From Eledone cirrhosa (Eukaryota): a DNA stretch of 64,000 nt. Of this stretch, positions 45,261 to 59,252 are shown piece after piece (position 1 is the first letter of the stretch; the number at the start of each line of letters is the position of its first letter). Position numbers and translations under genes: made by a program. The notes beneath the pieces were generated by a model. The model saw nothing but the letters and a program-made list of their open reading frames with translations, did no database searches and was not told the origin of the DNA. The stretch is from assembly GCA_964016885.1 (NCBI GenBank), contig OZ024742.1, forward strand, positions 8,184,001 through 8,248,000. The letters are read 5' to 3'.

Positions 45261-46972
45261 GGAAAAAAAGAAACGAAATTTCATTTCCCACTCTTAGTAC
45301 GGCTGTTACTTAAATATAAGTATGTACACGTACATAGATATATGTATACAGATGTACAGTAGTGTGTATATATATATACATACATGCACACATATATATA
45401 TGTACGTATGGATTCACCGAACAATTATTATAGTGCTCGGTGTGTTTGTAAATAAACATCCCGTATTAAGCCGTAGTGTCTAGCAACCATCGTTGCTCGT
45501 TTGTTCAACACTGACAAAGGAACGCTGTACTAGTTTCAAGCTTATTAGCTATCGTCAGCAACGTATACCTTCCTGCCAGATTGTTGAACGTATATACTTT
45601 CCTTATGCGTATTAACGGCTGAGTAGCCCAATTTGCATATCGAGTGGGTTAATCGGCCGGGTGCACCGAAAACGATAAACGGAAAAAATGAAATTAAATT
45701 TCATTTCCCACTCTTAGTAAGGTTGTTACTTAAATATGAGTATGTACACGTACATACATATATGTATACAGACGTACAGTAGTATGTATATATATATATA
45801 CATGCACACACATATATATATGTACGTATGGATTCACCGAACATTTATTATAATGCTCGATGTGTTTGTAAACAAACATCCCGTTGCTGACGATAGCTAA
45901 TAAGCTTGAAACTAGTTCAGCGTTCCTTTGTCAGTGTTGAACAAATGAGCAACGATGGTTGCTGGACACTACGGCTTAATACGGTTTGTTTACAAACACA
46001 CCGAGCATTACAATAAATGTTCGGTGAATCCACACGTACATATATATATATATATGTGTGCATGTATATATATATATACATACTACTGTACGTCTGTATA
46101 CATATATGTGTGTACGTGTACATACTTATATTTAAGTAACAGCCGTACTAAGCGTGGGAAATGAAATTTCGTTTCATTTTTTTCCGTTTATCGTTTTCGG
46201 TGCACCCGGCCGATTAACCCACTCGATATGCAAATTGGGCTACTCAGCCGTTAGTATGCATAAGGTAAGTATATATGTTCAACAATCTTCCAGGAAGGTA
46301 TACGTTGTTGACGATAGCTAATAAGCTTGAAACTAGTACAGCGTTCCTTTGTCAGTGTTGAACAAAGAGCAACGATGGTTGCTGGTCACTACGGCTTAAT
46401 ACGGGTTGTTTGTTTACAAACGCACCGAGCATTATAATAAATATTCGGTGAATCCATACGTACATATATATATATGTGTGCATGTATGTATATATATATG
46501 CATACTACTGTACGTCTGTATACATATATGTATGTACGTGTACATAATTATATTTAAGTAACAGCCGTACTAAGAGTGGGAAATTAAATTTCGTTTCATT
46601 TTTTCCGTTTATCGTTTTCGGTGCACCCGGCCGACTAATCCACTCGATATGCAAATTGGGCTACTCAGCCGTTAATATGCATAAGGTAAGTATATACGTT
46701 CAACAATCTGACAGGAAGGTATACGTTGCTGACGATAGCTAATAAGCTTGAAACTAGTACAGCGTTCCTTTGTCAGGGTTGAACAAACGAGCAACGATGG
46801 TTGCTGGACACTACGGCTTAATACGGGATGTTTGTTTACAAACACACCGAGCACTATAATAAATGTTCGGTGAATCCATACGTACATATATATATGTGTG
46901 CATGTATGTATATATATATATAAATACTACTGTACGTCTGTATACATATATGTATGTACGTGTACATACTTA
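45257..46972. mobile_element. Second, older 422-bp HHR array with inverted arm (minus 45257-45883; plus 45882-46972)
   Basis: HHRs at 45523-45563 (minus), 45882-45922, 46303-46343 (core mutated) and 46724-46764; same end points as the large array. Confidence 0.9.
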
Positions 46973-47349
46973 TATATATGCGAAAGACAAACAGAAATAC
47001 CAAACTAAACGACACAGTACAATGAAGAAATATATTATTAATATACGCATTTGTTGGATGTATATATATATATATATATGCACAGTATTTGTGAGTGTGT
47101 GTGTCTATGTGCGTGAATATATATAATGTCTCGTACACTGTAGTCTATGGTAGATCTTTAAGAACCTCCCATTATAGACTGCTGACAAAACATTTCATTG
47201 AAAATATTATCAAGTGTCATCCCAACAGTCTTACACATCAATCTATGTTCTCTATGGTATTCACTGATAGAACAGGTAATATACTAAATAGCTTTAAGAG
47301 AGGGACAGACAATAGATAGTTAAACACACACACACACATACATATATAT

Positions 47350-48839
47350 GTAGATAAATCTACCAAAATATACGGTAGTGTCCAATCAGTATGAAGAACT
47401 CAATGTAATCCAAATATCATGAAAAGAGAAGATGCTTTCAAAAAATTTTCGATGAAAATCATAGGAAATCAGAGTCAAGATAATTTAATAAAAACAATGA
47501 ATAAAAACAAAAAAGTTCCTTATATTAAAAATTTCATCATTTTACGATGGTTTCTAGCATATATGTGTTTGTTGGTATGTATATCATATAGATCTATGTA
47601 AAAATATTACAAACTATCAGAGGAAATATACATGCCTTCACATATATATGCTGTCTTCAGAAATGATGAGATTTGTTTATTGAAAAAAACCAACAACGAT
47701 TTAATATAATAGGTCTGTTTGAGATTTTGAATTGACCAATAGAAAAGTATTAAGAGGTCAAGTTGATAGAATAGTAGTAGTAGAAATTTAATTTAGGGGT
47801 AGAGGAGTGCAGACTTATGTTTTGACTGGAAAGAATACTTTGAATGAAAATAATACTTTGGGGATGAAAAGAGGTCAAGCCGGTGAAGGGTACACGAATA
47901 TTTGGTGTTATTAAAGAATAATGTTAAAAACGAAGGAAAGTAAAATTTTAGTGTAAGGGTATTAGTGAGAAATACCAATCTTATTTAAACCACAAGGAAT
48001 CTATATCTATAACAAGAAATTAAATTAATTGATAGGTATACTTATAGGGATACATTTCTATTAATTCATATGGATGTGATAAATAAGAATTAGATGTTAT
48101 TAAAGAATGTTGTTAAAAACGAAGGAAAATAAAATTTGGGGATAAGGATAGTAGTGAGAAATACCAATCTTATATAAACTACAAGGAATCTAGATTCATA
48201 ACAGGAAATTAAATTAATTTATATGTATACTTTTAGGTATTAATTTTAGGAAAAAAGAGCTGTAAGAGGGAAATAAAATTATGAAGTTCTCTGTAGTAAA
48301 GTACTAATTATAGGTTAACTAAATTAAAAAAACTAATTATAATAATTTGTAAAATATAAGTGTAATTAATTAGGTTTATAATATTTGAAGGTTCTTCTAA
48401 TTCTATGATTGCAAGATATAATTAATTCTTGTCGCTTATTTAATAGGATATCCTTAGATTTCATTATTTCAAAAAGTTTCTGGGAGCATAATTTACACTC
48501 ATATCTGTTATTTTGATAAGCGGTGGCCTTTTTGAGCACACTCCAGGTCAGGTTGTAATCGATATATTTCTTTCTATAATGATTAATTGTTTCAGTCAAG
48601 GATGTTGTATTAGCTAATACGGCATTTTTAAATCTATGTTTGTGAGTATTAAATCTTACTTTAAATTGGGTAGACGTAGCTCCTATATATGAATAAGTGG
48701 AGTCCTTAGTGCTAATTTTACATAGTCTATAAATTTTACATTTATAGACTATGTAAAATATATCCTAGAAACGATCGTAAAATGATGAATTTTTTAATAT
48801 AAGGAACTTGTTCTTTGTTTTTATTCATTGTTTTTATTA

Positions 48840-48843
<4 letters not shown>
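47350..48843 (-). mobile_element. Truncated Naiad-like PLE (GIY-YIG C-terminus, 3' region, pLTR, inverted partial pLTR)
   Basis: Peptide YIGATSTQFKVRFNTHKHRF...WSVLKKA..CKLC..LLNKRQELIISCNHR; 47472-47560 is inverted at 48760-48843. Confidence 0.85.
47534..47669 (-). ncRNA. Type I hammerhead in pLTR, long stem II
   Basis: Reverse complement: TCATCATTT-CTGAAGA-CAGCATATAT...ATATATGCTA-GAAA-CCATCG-TA-AAATGATGA. The inverted copy preserves the palindrome ACGATCGT. Confidence 0.82.
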
Positions 48844-48876
<33 letters not shown>

Positions 48877-48877
<1 letters not shown>

Positions 48878-49366
48878 TAGCAGTGGTACCCGGCGTTGCA
48901 CGAGGTAGGGTATTTTGGAACACGAGTCGCCAACAGACCTAATCGTGGAAAACTGCATTCCTGGACAATATGTAAAGAAATTAAACCGAATACTCTGATG
49001 GATGGATAATCTTTAAGAATTTCCTCGATGAAGCATGAAAAATGCAGGTTTTCACCTAATGCGGGCCCTAGGCCATAAAAAAGTTGGATTTTCTTTGCTC
49101 ACGGTATGAAGAACAGACTGACGAATACATTGTTACAATTTCAAGGAAATCGGTTTGACATAACGCCTCAAAAAAACCCCTAAAGTGCTTAAAAAACACA
49201 TTTTTTCACCTAATGCGTTCGCTAGGAGATCAACAAGTTGAATTTTCTATGTATATAATACTCCCTGAAACATAAGTTTTACATGTGTAAAGTTTGAAAA
49301 CAGTCGGCTGGGTGGTTCTCGTGTTTTAGGGACTCGAACTCACACACACACAGACAGACATCCTCA

Positions 49367-49380
<14 letters not shown>
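48877..49380 (-). mobile_element. Non-autonomous Helitron (internally deleted relative of 42443-43404)
   Basis: CTAGCAGTGGTACCCGGCGTTGCACG at the left end; CAGACAGACATCCTCAGTTTTATATA at the right end. Confidence 0.85.
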
Positions 49381-49403
<23 letters not shown>

Positions 49404-49461
49404 TAGAAAGTGTCGTGGTCCCACGGTTGAGCTCTTGCTGTTTCGATACCCAAATATGTAT

Positions 49462-49513
<52 letters not shown>

Positions 49514-49699
49514 GTTATATAGTAAGGTGTATTATTGGTTGTGTCATACGGTCCAATAAACGTTTGTTAGCAATATTAAGTTCTCCACGCTATTGTATAT
49601 CTCCAGTTCCATTTATGGGAACAGCTAGATGATGTAAAACGGAGTATTTGTATCAAAATGAAAATCTGAAGACATGGTATACATTTCCAATCATTTTAA

Positions 49700-49771
49700 T
49701 CACGACACGTTTCAATAAGAGATAGATCGATAGTGCGGCCATGATCGATTATCACTGATCTCGTCAGGGGA
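49700..49771 (-). ncRNA. Degenerate type I hammerhead
   Basis: Reverse complement: TCCC-CTGACGA-G...GATA-ATCGAT..ATCGAT-CTATC...GAAA-CGTG-TC-GTGA. Confidence 0.55.
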
Positions 49772-50107
49772 AAATGAATTGTCTTCAAATCCTTGATATG
49801 AGGGAGAAAATTTAACGATGTTCACTCACTAGAGTTTTGTCCCCCATGTGGGGGACAAAACTCTAGTGAGTGAACATCGTGATGAGGACGTACTGAAAAA
49901 ACAGCACAGTACCTCCGAAATATATATAATAAAATATATTTTGATTACGTGAATGTCTACAGTTATTAATTACTCCAGAAAATGTTTTCACTGTTGAGTG
50001 CTTCTAATCTATTGTAAAACAATATTCATTGATCAATCAATGAACCTTGTTTAACTTTTGGTTATATATATATATATATATAACGTATCTCTCTCTCTCT
50101 CTCTCTC

Positions 50108-50177
<70 letters not shown>

Positions 50178-50181
<4 letters not shown>

Positions 50182-50623
50182 AAACACCAATATAGACATA
50201 TAAGTGTTTGTCTTGTAAATAACCAATTCTTGTAAATAACCGATTTAAAATAATGAATCAATAAAAACAAACCCATATTAGCAATAACCGTGATACCCGG
50301 ACAAATTTAAATTTAAATTTGTCTACGGAACAGGTTTGGATTTTGAAATTTAAATTTGTCCGGGTATCACGGTTATTGCCAATATGGGTTTGTTTTTATT
50401 GATTCGTTATTTTAAATCGAGACAGGCAAACTGTATTAATTTAATTAGTATTTTTCAATCTAGCTAACTTGGTCATTTACAATACAAACACTTATATGTC
50501 TATATTCGTGTTTATCATATTTTAATTTTTATTAACTTGTATTTCACGGCTCAGAAATGCTTCTTTCTTTGAGCTAATTAATTGTAAAGGACTGTTTGAG
50601 TTTATAACTCTAAATATAATATA

Positions 50624-50625
<2 letters not shown>
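50178..50625 (+). mobile_element. Asymmetric fold-back insert with conserved tail
   Basis: Inverted arms 50178-50312 and 50346-50518, then a ~100-nt tail; (TA)n flanks. Confidence 0.8.
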
Positions 50626-50672
<47 letters not shown>

Positions 50673-51160
50673 AACAAGTAAGACCCCGACGGCTGAGCTC
50701 AAGCCGTTTCGACGGTTAATTCAGTACAGAATTAGCCGACGAAACGGCTTGAGCTCAGCCGTCGTGGTCTTACTTGTTCCTATTACCCACTCTACTACCC
50801 TAAGTATCGAGTACTTTGGTGCGTTATAGTCCACCTGGTTCCTTACCACATTTCCTTCGTTATATATATAACGAAAACAAATAGAAACTGCCAACTAATA
50901 CATTATATTTACAATTGTATGTTGTATATCTGATAAAAAACACAAAACAAAAGATGGCTTCCGTAGTTAGTAGTTATGTATTTGGTTGTATGTCTCTAAT
51001 GGTTTGTGAAGCCTTATCTGTTTGTAAGAAATAGCAATAATATATACGAAACTGCCGCATTTTCCAACGAACCCATTTAAGTCGCACGTTCCGCTGTTTC
51101 TTTCTATTGATTAAATGCTTTCCACATTTGATAGGTTTTATATATATACATGTTTGTATT

Positions 51161-51234
<74 letters not shown>

Positions 51235-51930
51235 TATATATTTACATATACACATACACAATTTATATATATATATATATATATATATACACGCACACAT
51301 ACATATATATATATTCACACACACACACAAACACATATATATATATATATGTATGTATGTATATATATATGCTTATATATACTTATATATATTGTGTGTG
51401 TATGTATATATATGAATATGTGTGTATATGTGTGTGTATGCCTGAGCGTATGTGTGTGTCTATATGATCCCTATTATATATTAAGTCTGGGGCTTTGCTT
51501 CTTATATTTGTTTGTTGCTTAGTTTTTTCTTGTTTGTAATTTTTCACTTTCTTCTCTTTGCCAATTATTACAGAAGTGTCACATTCATTTTATTGTATTT
51601 TCAATTTTATTATTTCTCTCCCCTCCCACTTTCATCTCCCTCTCTCTGTCATTTTCTCTATCTCTCTTTCTTTCTCTCCACCCCTCCCCTCTCTCTTTCT
51701 CTCCCTCTTACTCAAACTATGTTGACCCCCCCCCCCCCCCCATACACACACACTTTTTAAACCTCACCATTCTACACTTATGCGAACCACTAACAAACTG
51801 AAACATTTTCGATCACGAACATTGTCTTTACGATAGTTAAGCGACGAATACAAAGCTCTTGTGGCCGTATATATACACAAATATATATACACAAATATAT
51901 ATACACAAATATATATATACACAAATATAC

Positions 51931-52010
<80 letters not shown>

Positions 52011-52078
52011 GTGTATATATATATACAAACTTATATATGTATATGTATACGTAAATATTAATATATATATACATACAT

Positions 52079-52109
<31 letters not shown>

Positions 52110-52683
52110 ATCCATATTCATATGTATATAATATGAAAAATATATATTTATATATACGTTTGTATATGTATATACACACTCACTCACAAACACACTCTCA
52201 CACACTTTCATGCAGCCTTTTGCATTCTACATATATAAGTGAAAATGCTGGATGAAAGTAAGAAACAGTAGATGTGCTCCTCAGTTGTGTATGAGAAGAC
52301 ATCAAAGCCTCTTTAATGTGAAGGTATTATAGGAAAATATCCTTATGTGAATTACACTTCTCGTCAATTCATACATCATCAAAGTTACTTCTTCTACAAG
52401 GGATAATATAATATTTTCCTTCACTTTGAACGTCTACTTTACATAGTGCTGTGCCTGTGATGAACTCATCATTGTTCACATGCCCGTATCAATATATCAG
52501 CTCTTTTGCTGGGCTGAATTGATCAGACAATCTCTCTACCTACCAACAATATTACTAGCTTTTGATCTGACTACCACAGGGATCCAATTACATTTCAAAA
52601 CCCCCTTCATTACATATAAACAAATACTTTACTTCCACTTATTTCGCATGCGCAAACCTTTATTACATATAGGACATCAAAAC

Positions 52684-52773
<90 letters not shown>

Positions 52774-53450
52774 ATAAAACAAAACCAACCCCTAAAGTAA
52801 GATAGGGAAGTATTAGTGCTTGTTCATGTTCTCTTTGTTTTCACATGCTGGAAACGACATGTTGGAATAGAAGGAATATCAATATGATAGTAATATTGGT
52901 ACTCCGTCGGTTACGACGAGGAGATTTACAGTTGTTACGATCAATTTTCGTGAAATTCCTTTCACAGACTCGCGTACCCAAAGCGTAGTTCTCAGGGAGA
53001 TTCAGCTTGACATATATTGTGACAACTGTAGCCATTCGAATTACAGATTCAACTGGTTTTTGCCGACTGGATGGACTCGAACAAGGTGAAATGAAGGGTC
53101 TTGCTCAAGAACACAACATGCAGTTGGGACTCACAAGCTTGCGACCATGATTCGGGTATCCTAACCAATCTGCCACCTACCTTCACGTTAGATTTATAAT
53201 ATAATCAGCTTTTCCTCTTCCGCAATATTTTGACCTTGTTTCTATATTAGCAACCATTAGTATTTCCAGTGTGTGGTCATTAAGGGTGACAAGGAACAGA
53301 TATACGGATTACAATCCAGTCTAGGAAAATTTCCCTACATGCTCTATGTTTGTCCTTGCTGTGTTGATTGGTGCTTTCACAATAACAACACATATTTAGT
53401 TCAACGTTACTATCCTCGTCTATCTAAAATTGATATGCTCTCTTTAACTC

Positions 53451-53512
<62 letters not shown>

Positions 53513-53521
53513 CTCTCACTC

Positions 53522-53570
<49 letters not shown>

Positions 53571-53729
53571 CAAGCTTCAAATATTTATATATATATATGT
53601 ATTCGCATACACACACGCTTACATACACACACAGACACACAAACATAGACACAAACATGCATTTATATATATATATATATATATAAATATATATATATAT
53701 ACACATATATACATATATATATATATATG

Positions 53730-53841
<112 letters not shown>

Positions 53842-53844
53842 TAT

Positions 53845-54571
53845 AAAAGCTTTCTCCGATATTGTATTTATTTATTTACTTTTGGTGCAGCAGATTTGAA
53901 ATTTTCCCGATATAAGGTTAGGATTTCTTTGTTTGTTTTTTATATATGAATATTGATTGTTCCTTATATCTCATTCTATTATTTTGCCCGAGAAAATATC
54001 TGTGTGTGTCATCAAATGTTGTACACACATAGATATTTTTTCAATTTCCAATTGAGTTCTTAGCACGTGGCCTGAATTCCTTTTAGAGTTCATTGTCATG
54101 CGCATGTATTGTTTTTTTTGGCGGTAATTAACTTCCTCATTTTTGAATCAGTTTGAGCATTTCTTTAGAACTGCTGGACTGGCAACCTGACAGATACCTC
54201 AGGCACAGATGATGATTATCGCTAAATACTGATGTTGGTTAGATTATCAATATTAGTATTATTGGGGCACCCACTGATGAATTATAAGAGCCCACTTGAA
54301 TATATATCTATTGATGGTATACAAGCTCCTACATAGATTGGTATAATTTAACCCAAATTGTAGGAATCCTGTAATGAAACGAGACGTCCGTCTGGGAAGA
54401 GATATATTCGATATGTCTCATATGAAATAATACAGCCAATTTTCCACGCAATACTTTTAGTTAGCACCCCGAACGCATGATTGGGAATAAAATCACTTAT
54501 TTCCTAATGTTTGTTGAGTGAGTTGGAATTTGGCCGGAGTATCGCTAAAAAGCTTTCTCCGATATTGTATT

Positions 54572-54575
<4 letters not shown>
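53845..54575 (+). mobile_element. Terminally redundant 703-bp HHR monomer (retrozyme-like)
   Basis: 28-bp direct repeat AAAAGCTTTCTCCGATATTGTATTTATT at 53845 and 54548; homologous to the ~996-bp unit; inside (TA)n. Confidence 0.82.
54270..54396 (+). ncRNA. Type I hammerhead ribozyme, long stem II
   Basis: CCCA-CTGATGA-ATTATA...TGTAAT-GAAA-CG-AGACGTC-CG-TC-TGGG; GUC site; palindromic GACGTC in loop III. Confidence 0.85.
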
Positions 54576-54637
<62 letters not shown>

Positions 54638-54639
<2 letters not shown>

Positions 54640-55304
54640 AGTTAAGAACTCAGGGTAGTCCCTTACAATTAAATAGCTCTAAGAAAAAAGCTTTTCCGAG
54701 CCGTACAATATAATTGAATAAACAAGAAAGATGAACACTAATATAAACATACATGGGTTCGAATCGTAAGGAGTGAAATTTTCTAGGGTGAAAAAATACT
54801 AACTACAGCAATATAGTTTGTTATCCTTAACGTTAAATATTAAATTAAGAAAAATTAATAAAAATAACAGACCTATATTGGGAAAAATGCATGGTAACAA
54901 CTAGTCCTGTCAGCCAGGCTGCTATTTTTAGCGGCAGGCAATTTCGAGACAAGCTGGGTTCCGAGTGACACGTGCGATAATTCATATCGTACACAATTTA
55001 TTCTCTAATATTTTTAGAAGTGAAAGGATCACTAATTTCTCAACAACTACTGAGGAGCAGAGAAACGTCAAAACTTCACTTAATAAGTCGTTGCGAAACA
55101 GTCTCCAACACTGTCTAGTTGTTAAAAGGCATTTTTGCCCAATATAGGTCTGTTATTTTTCTTTATTTTTCTTAATTTAATATTTAAAGTTAAGGATAAC
55201 AAACTATATTGTTCTAGTTAGTATTTTTTCACCCTAGCAAACTTTAGTCCTTACGATTCGAACACATATATGTTTATATTAGTGTTCATCTCTCTTGTTT
55301 ATTC

Positions 55305-55308
<4 letters not shown>
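54638..55308 (-). mobile_element. Asymmetric fold-back insert with conserved tail
   Basis: ~180-bp inverted arms (54710-54890 and 55130-55308), a 240-bp spacer and a ~70-nt left tail. Confidence 0.82.
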
Positions 55309-55340
<32 letters not shown>

Positions 55341-55344
<4 letters not shown>

Positions 55345-55548
55345 ATAATCATAAATTTGAAGACCAAAATCCAAAGAGGGCTCGATAAGGATAAATATAT
55401 ATCAAATATATAAGAACCATAGAGCAAATATTTATTAAAATAACAGATTAAAGTTTAAGCAAAGAATCGCAAAGATCTTCTGAAGATCCCGTTAAGGGTG
55501 AAAGCAGCGATTCTTTGCTTATTGCTCAAACTTTAATCTGTTATTTTA

Positions 55549-55555
<7 letters not shown>
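55341..55555 (-). mobile_element. Fold-back insert with HHR core at 55480-55520 (family also at 9967-10085, 23396-23455, 32036-32122)
   Basis: Arms TATTTATTAAAATAACAGATTAAAGTTT..GCAAAGAATCGC and inverse; CTGAAGA-T-CCC-GTTAA-GGG-T-GAAA-GCA..TGC-TT. Confidence 0.75.
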
Positions 55556-55622
<67 letters not shown>

Positions 55623-56245
55623 GTAAAAATAAATTATCGAGAATCGGAATTACGGCCCGCGAAATAACGAAACACAATCTTCGAAATGCATGGCAAAGGT
55701 TTCAATAGTTTGGGTAAACCAGAGCTATAACTAACGTTTAAATACCAACACATAGAGACAATGCTTAAAATCATTCGCACAGCCGAAAAAACGACCAGGA
55801 AAATTCGGGTCATACAAATAATAAATTAAATGAATGAAAGATCATACCCGGACCTGCTAGAAGGATGTTATATTCTAGCATTTTGGTTTCTGCGGTTCCT
55901 AAATCAGTTACCGTCAGCCTACATAAAAAATATCTGGCTTCTGGCAAAATGATGAACGAGGAAGCAACTTTCTCCACAGGCATTTCGTTCAAAAATACAA
56001 AGGCGCCCGTTACTAAATCCACGTGGGGTCTAGCAAGGGAGCGAACCCCTATATTAGGCGAATGAATTCAGTAGTGTATATATTTGTAAAAATACAAAAT
56101 ATCACATATCGAATTAGAGTTCTCAACAGACGGGTTAAAATTAACATGAGCTATTCATCAGTCAATAAGATCAACTAAAAAATCAATAAAATTAACTGGT
56201 CAATAGCTAAAGACTGGAGATAAATACAAATAAATATTGTATATG

Positions 56246-56335
<90 letters not shown>

Positions 56336-56538
56336 AACCAGTAAGACCCCGACAGCTGAGCTCAAGCCGTTTCGACGGCTAATTCTGGACTCAGTCCAGA
56401 ATTACCAGAATTACCCGTCGAAACGGCTTGAGCTCAGCTGTCGGGGTCATACTGGTTCCTATTACCCACTCTACTACCTCAAGTATTGAGTACTTTGGTG
56501 CGTTATGGTCCACCTGGTTCCTTACCACATTTCCTTCG

Positions 56539-56580
<42 letters not shown>

Positions 56581-56796
56581 AAGGTTTAGTAAATAATGAA
56601 AAAGTTTCAAAATAAATTTTAAAAAATTGACTTTACCTACTATAGTTACCTTTACCGATCGGTTTCGAATCCCAAAAATAAAACGGAGACCATACAGCCT
56701 TCGTTGCAAAGAGAGATTCTCGTCAGAAGGTTCTTTTCATTCAAAGAATATAAAATTCCTGAATTTAAATCACAAACTAGCGCTATCCAAAACTGT

Positions 56797-59220
56797 GAAA
56801 TTTCCTCAGTCAAAAGACTGCTCGAATTTCAAATTTGGCGGTCATTCGATACGTGAGGGAGCAGCTTAGCAGACACGATTTTTAACTGCGGTAAGAATTT
56901 TTTATTATATCAAAGTTTAATGGGCTTCCACTGAAGATTTATAAGTGCCCACCTAAATATATTCTTACATGAATATATGTTAGTCTTCTACATAAACTGG
57001 AAACATTCTCCCAATTTGTAGAAAACTTATAATGAAACAATTGTTTGGAAAGAGAGATATGTTTTAACTTTAATTATATCTCATAAAATAATACAACTGG
57101 CTTTCCACAAAATACATATAGTTAGCACCCCAAACACTTAAATTGGGTTATACTAACATATAACCTAATGTTTGTTGAGTGAGATGGTTACCAGTCGGAG
57201 TTTAGCGTTAAGCTTTCTCTGATATTGTATTAAATATGTTACTCTTGATTTGGCCAGAGGTACTTATTTCCATGTACCTTATAAACATGACTTTCCGTAT
57301 TTGTTACTGTTGTGAGATATGGAGGTTTTTTGGTTGTCACTTCTCTGTTTTTAGCCTAAAAAAATATATATATATATATGCGTATGTAAATAATTACATG
57401 CATACATTTATTTTTTTAAATTAATTGAGTTCTTAACACGTGTAATTCATAATAGTTTTAAATAACTAATTAATCCGCGTGTATTAAATATTTTACTCTT
57501 AATTTGGCCAGAGATTTACATTCCCAATCACCTTTAAAGCTTAATCTTCAGTATTTGCTGCGGTGATGTGATGCGGTTTGTTATTTTGGTTTCACCTCTG
57601 TTTTTAGCCTAACAAAATATCTATATGCGTGTGTAATTAATACACGCATACATTCATTTTTTAAATTTCAATTGAGTTCTTAACACGTTTTATTGATAAT
57701 GTTTTTGAAAAAACTAATTAACCCGAGTGTATATTATTTTTTTCTTTTCTCGTATATCGTCGTTGTCTCCCTTTCCCGCTTCGTGACGCTATGAAATTTC
57801 CTCAGTCAAAAGACTGCTCGAATTTCAAATTTGGCGGTCATTCGATACGTGAGGGAGCAGCTTAGCAGACACGATTTTTAACTGCGGTAAGAATGTTTTA
57901 TTATATCAAAGTTTAATGGGCTTCCACTGAAGATTTATAAGTGCCCACCTAAATATATTCTTACATGAATATATGTTAGTCTTCTACATAAACTGGAAAC
58001 ATTCTCCCAATTTGTAGAAAACTTATAATGAAACAATTGTTTGGAAAGAGAGATATATTTTAACTTTAATTATATCTCATAAAATAATACAACTGGCTTT
58101 CCACAAAATACATATAGTTAGCACCCCAAACACTTAAATTGGGTTATACTAACATATAACCTAATGTTTGTTGAGTGAGATGGTTTCCAGTCGGAGTTTA
58201 GCGTTAAGCTATCTCTGTTATTGTATTAAATATGTTACTCTTGATTTGGCCAGAGGTACTTATTTCCAGGTACCTTATAAACATGACTTTCCGTATTTGT
58301 TACTGTTGTGAGATATGGAGGTTTTTTGGTTGTCACTTCTCTGTTTTTAGCCTAAGAAAAAATATATATATGCGTATGTAAATAATTACATGCATACATT
58401 TATTTTTTAAATTAATTGAGTTCTTAACACGTGGAATTGATAATAGTTTTAAATAACTAATTAACCCGCGTGTATTAAATATTTTACTCTTAATTTGGCC
58501 AGAGATTTACATTCCCAATCGCCTTTAAAGCGTAACCTTCAGTATTTGCTGCGGTGATTTGATGCGGTTTGTTATTTTGGTATCACCTCGGTTTTTAGCC
58601 TAACAAAATATCTATATGCGTGTGTAATTAATACACGCATACATTCATTTTTTAAATTTCAATTGAGTTCTTAACACGTTGGATTGATAATGTTTTTGAA
58701 AAAACTAATTAACCCGAGTGTATATTATTTTTTTATTTTCTCGTGTATCGTGGTTGTCTCCCTTTCCCGCTTCGTGACGCTATGAAATTTCCTCAGTCAA
58801 AAGACTGCTGGAATTTCAAATTTGGCGGTCATTCGATACGTGAAGGAGCAGCTTAGCAGACACGATTTTTAACTGCGGTAGGAATTTTTTCTTATATCAA
58901 AGTTTAATGGGCTTCCACTGAACATTTATAAGTGCCCACCTAAATATATTCTTACATGAATATATGTCAGGCTTCTACATAAACTGGAAACATTCTCCCA
59001 ATTTGTAGAAAACTTATAATGAAACAATTGTTTGGAAAGAGAGATATATTTTAACTTTAATTATATCTCATAAAATAATACAACTGGCTTTCCACAAAAT
59101 ACATATAGTTAGCACCCCAAACACTTAAATTGGGTTATACTAACATATAACCTAATGTTTGTTGAGTGAGATGGTAACCAGTCGGAGTTTAGCGTTAAGC
59201 TATCTCTGTTATTGTATTAA

Positions 59221-59222
<2 letters not shown>
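56797..59222 (+). mobile_element. ~996-bp tandem repeat (2.4 units), one long-stem-II HHR per unit
   Basis: Unit starts TGAAATTTCCTCAGTCAAAAG at 56797, 57792 and 58783; no ORF; 3' end in (TA)n; internal ~250-bp duplication. Confidence 0.9.
56926..57050 (+). ncRNA. Type I hammerhead, long stem II (copies 57922-58046; 58913-59037 with mutated core CTGAACA)
   Basis: TTCCA-CTGAAGA-T-TTATAAGT...ACTTATAA-T-GAAA-CAATTG-TT-TGGAA; predicted GUU cleavage after 57045. Confidence 0.88.

Positions 59223-59252
<30 letters not shown>

Noticed and set aside
52873-53090. Open frame EYQYDSNIG...CDNCSH as an exon
   Set aside because: No recognisable motif or convincing splice pair, and it runs into a SINE.
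54638-55308. MITE / TIR DNA transposon interpretation of the fold-backs
   Set aside because: The repeats are not terminal on both sides (one-sided tail), and the same geometry occurs on clear PLE copies. Disfavoured rather than excluded.
55995-56070. HDV-like ribozyme suggested by GGCGAATG
   Set aside because: I could not assemble the P1/P2/P3 pairings.
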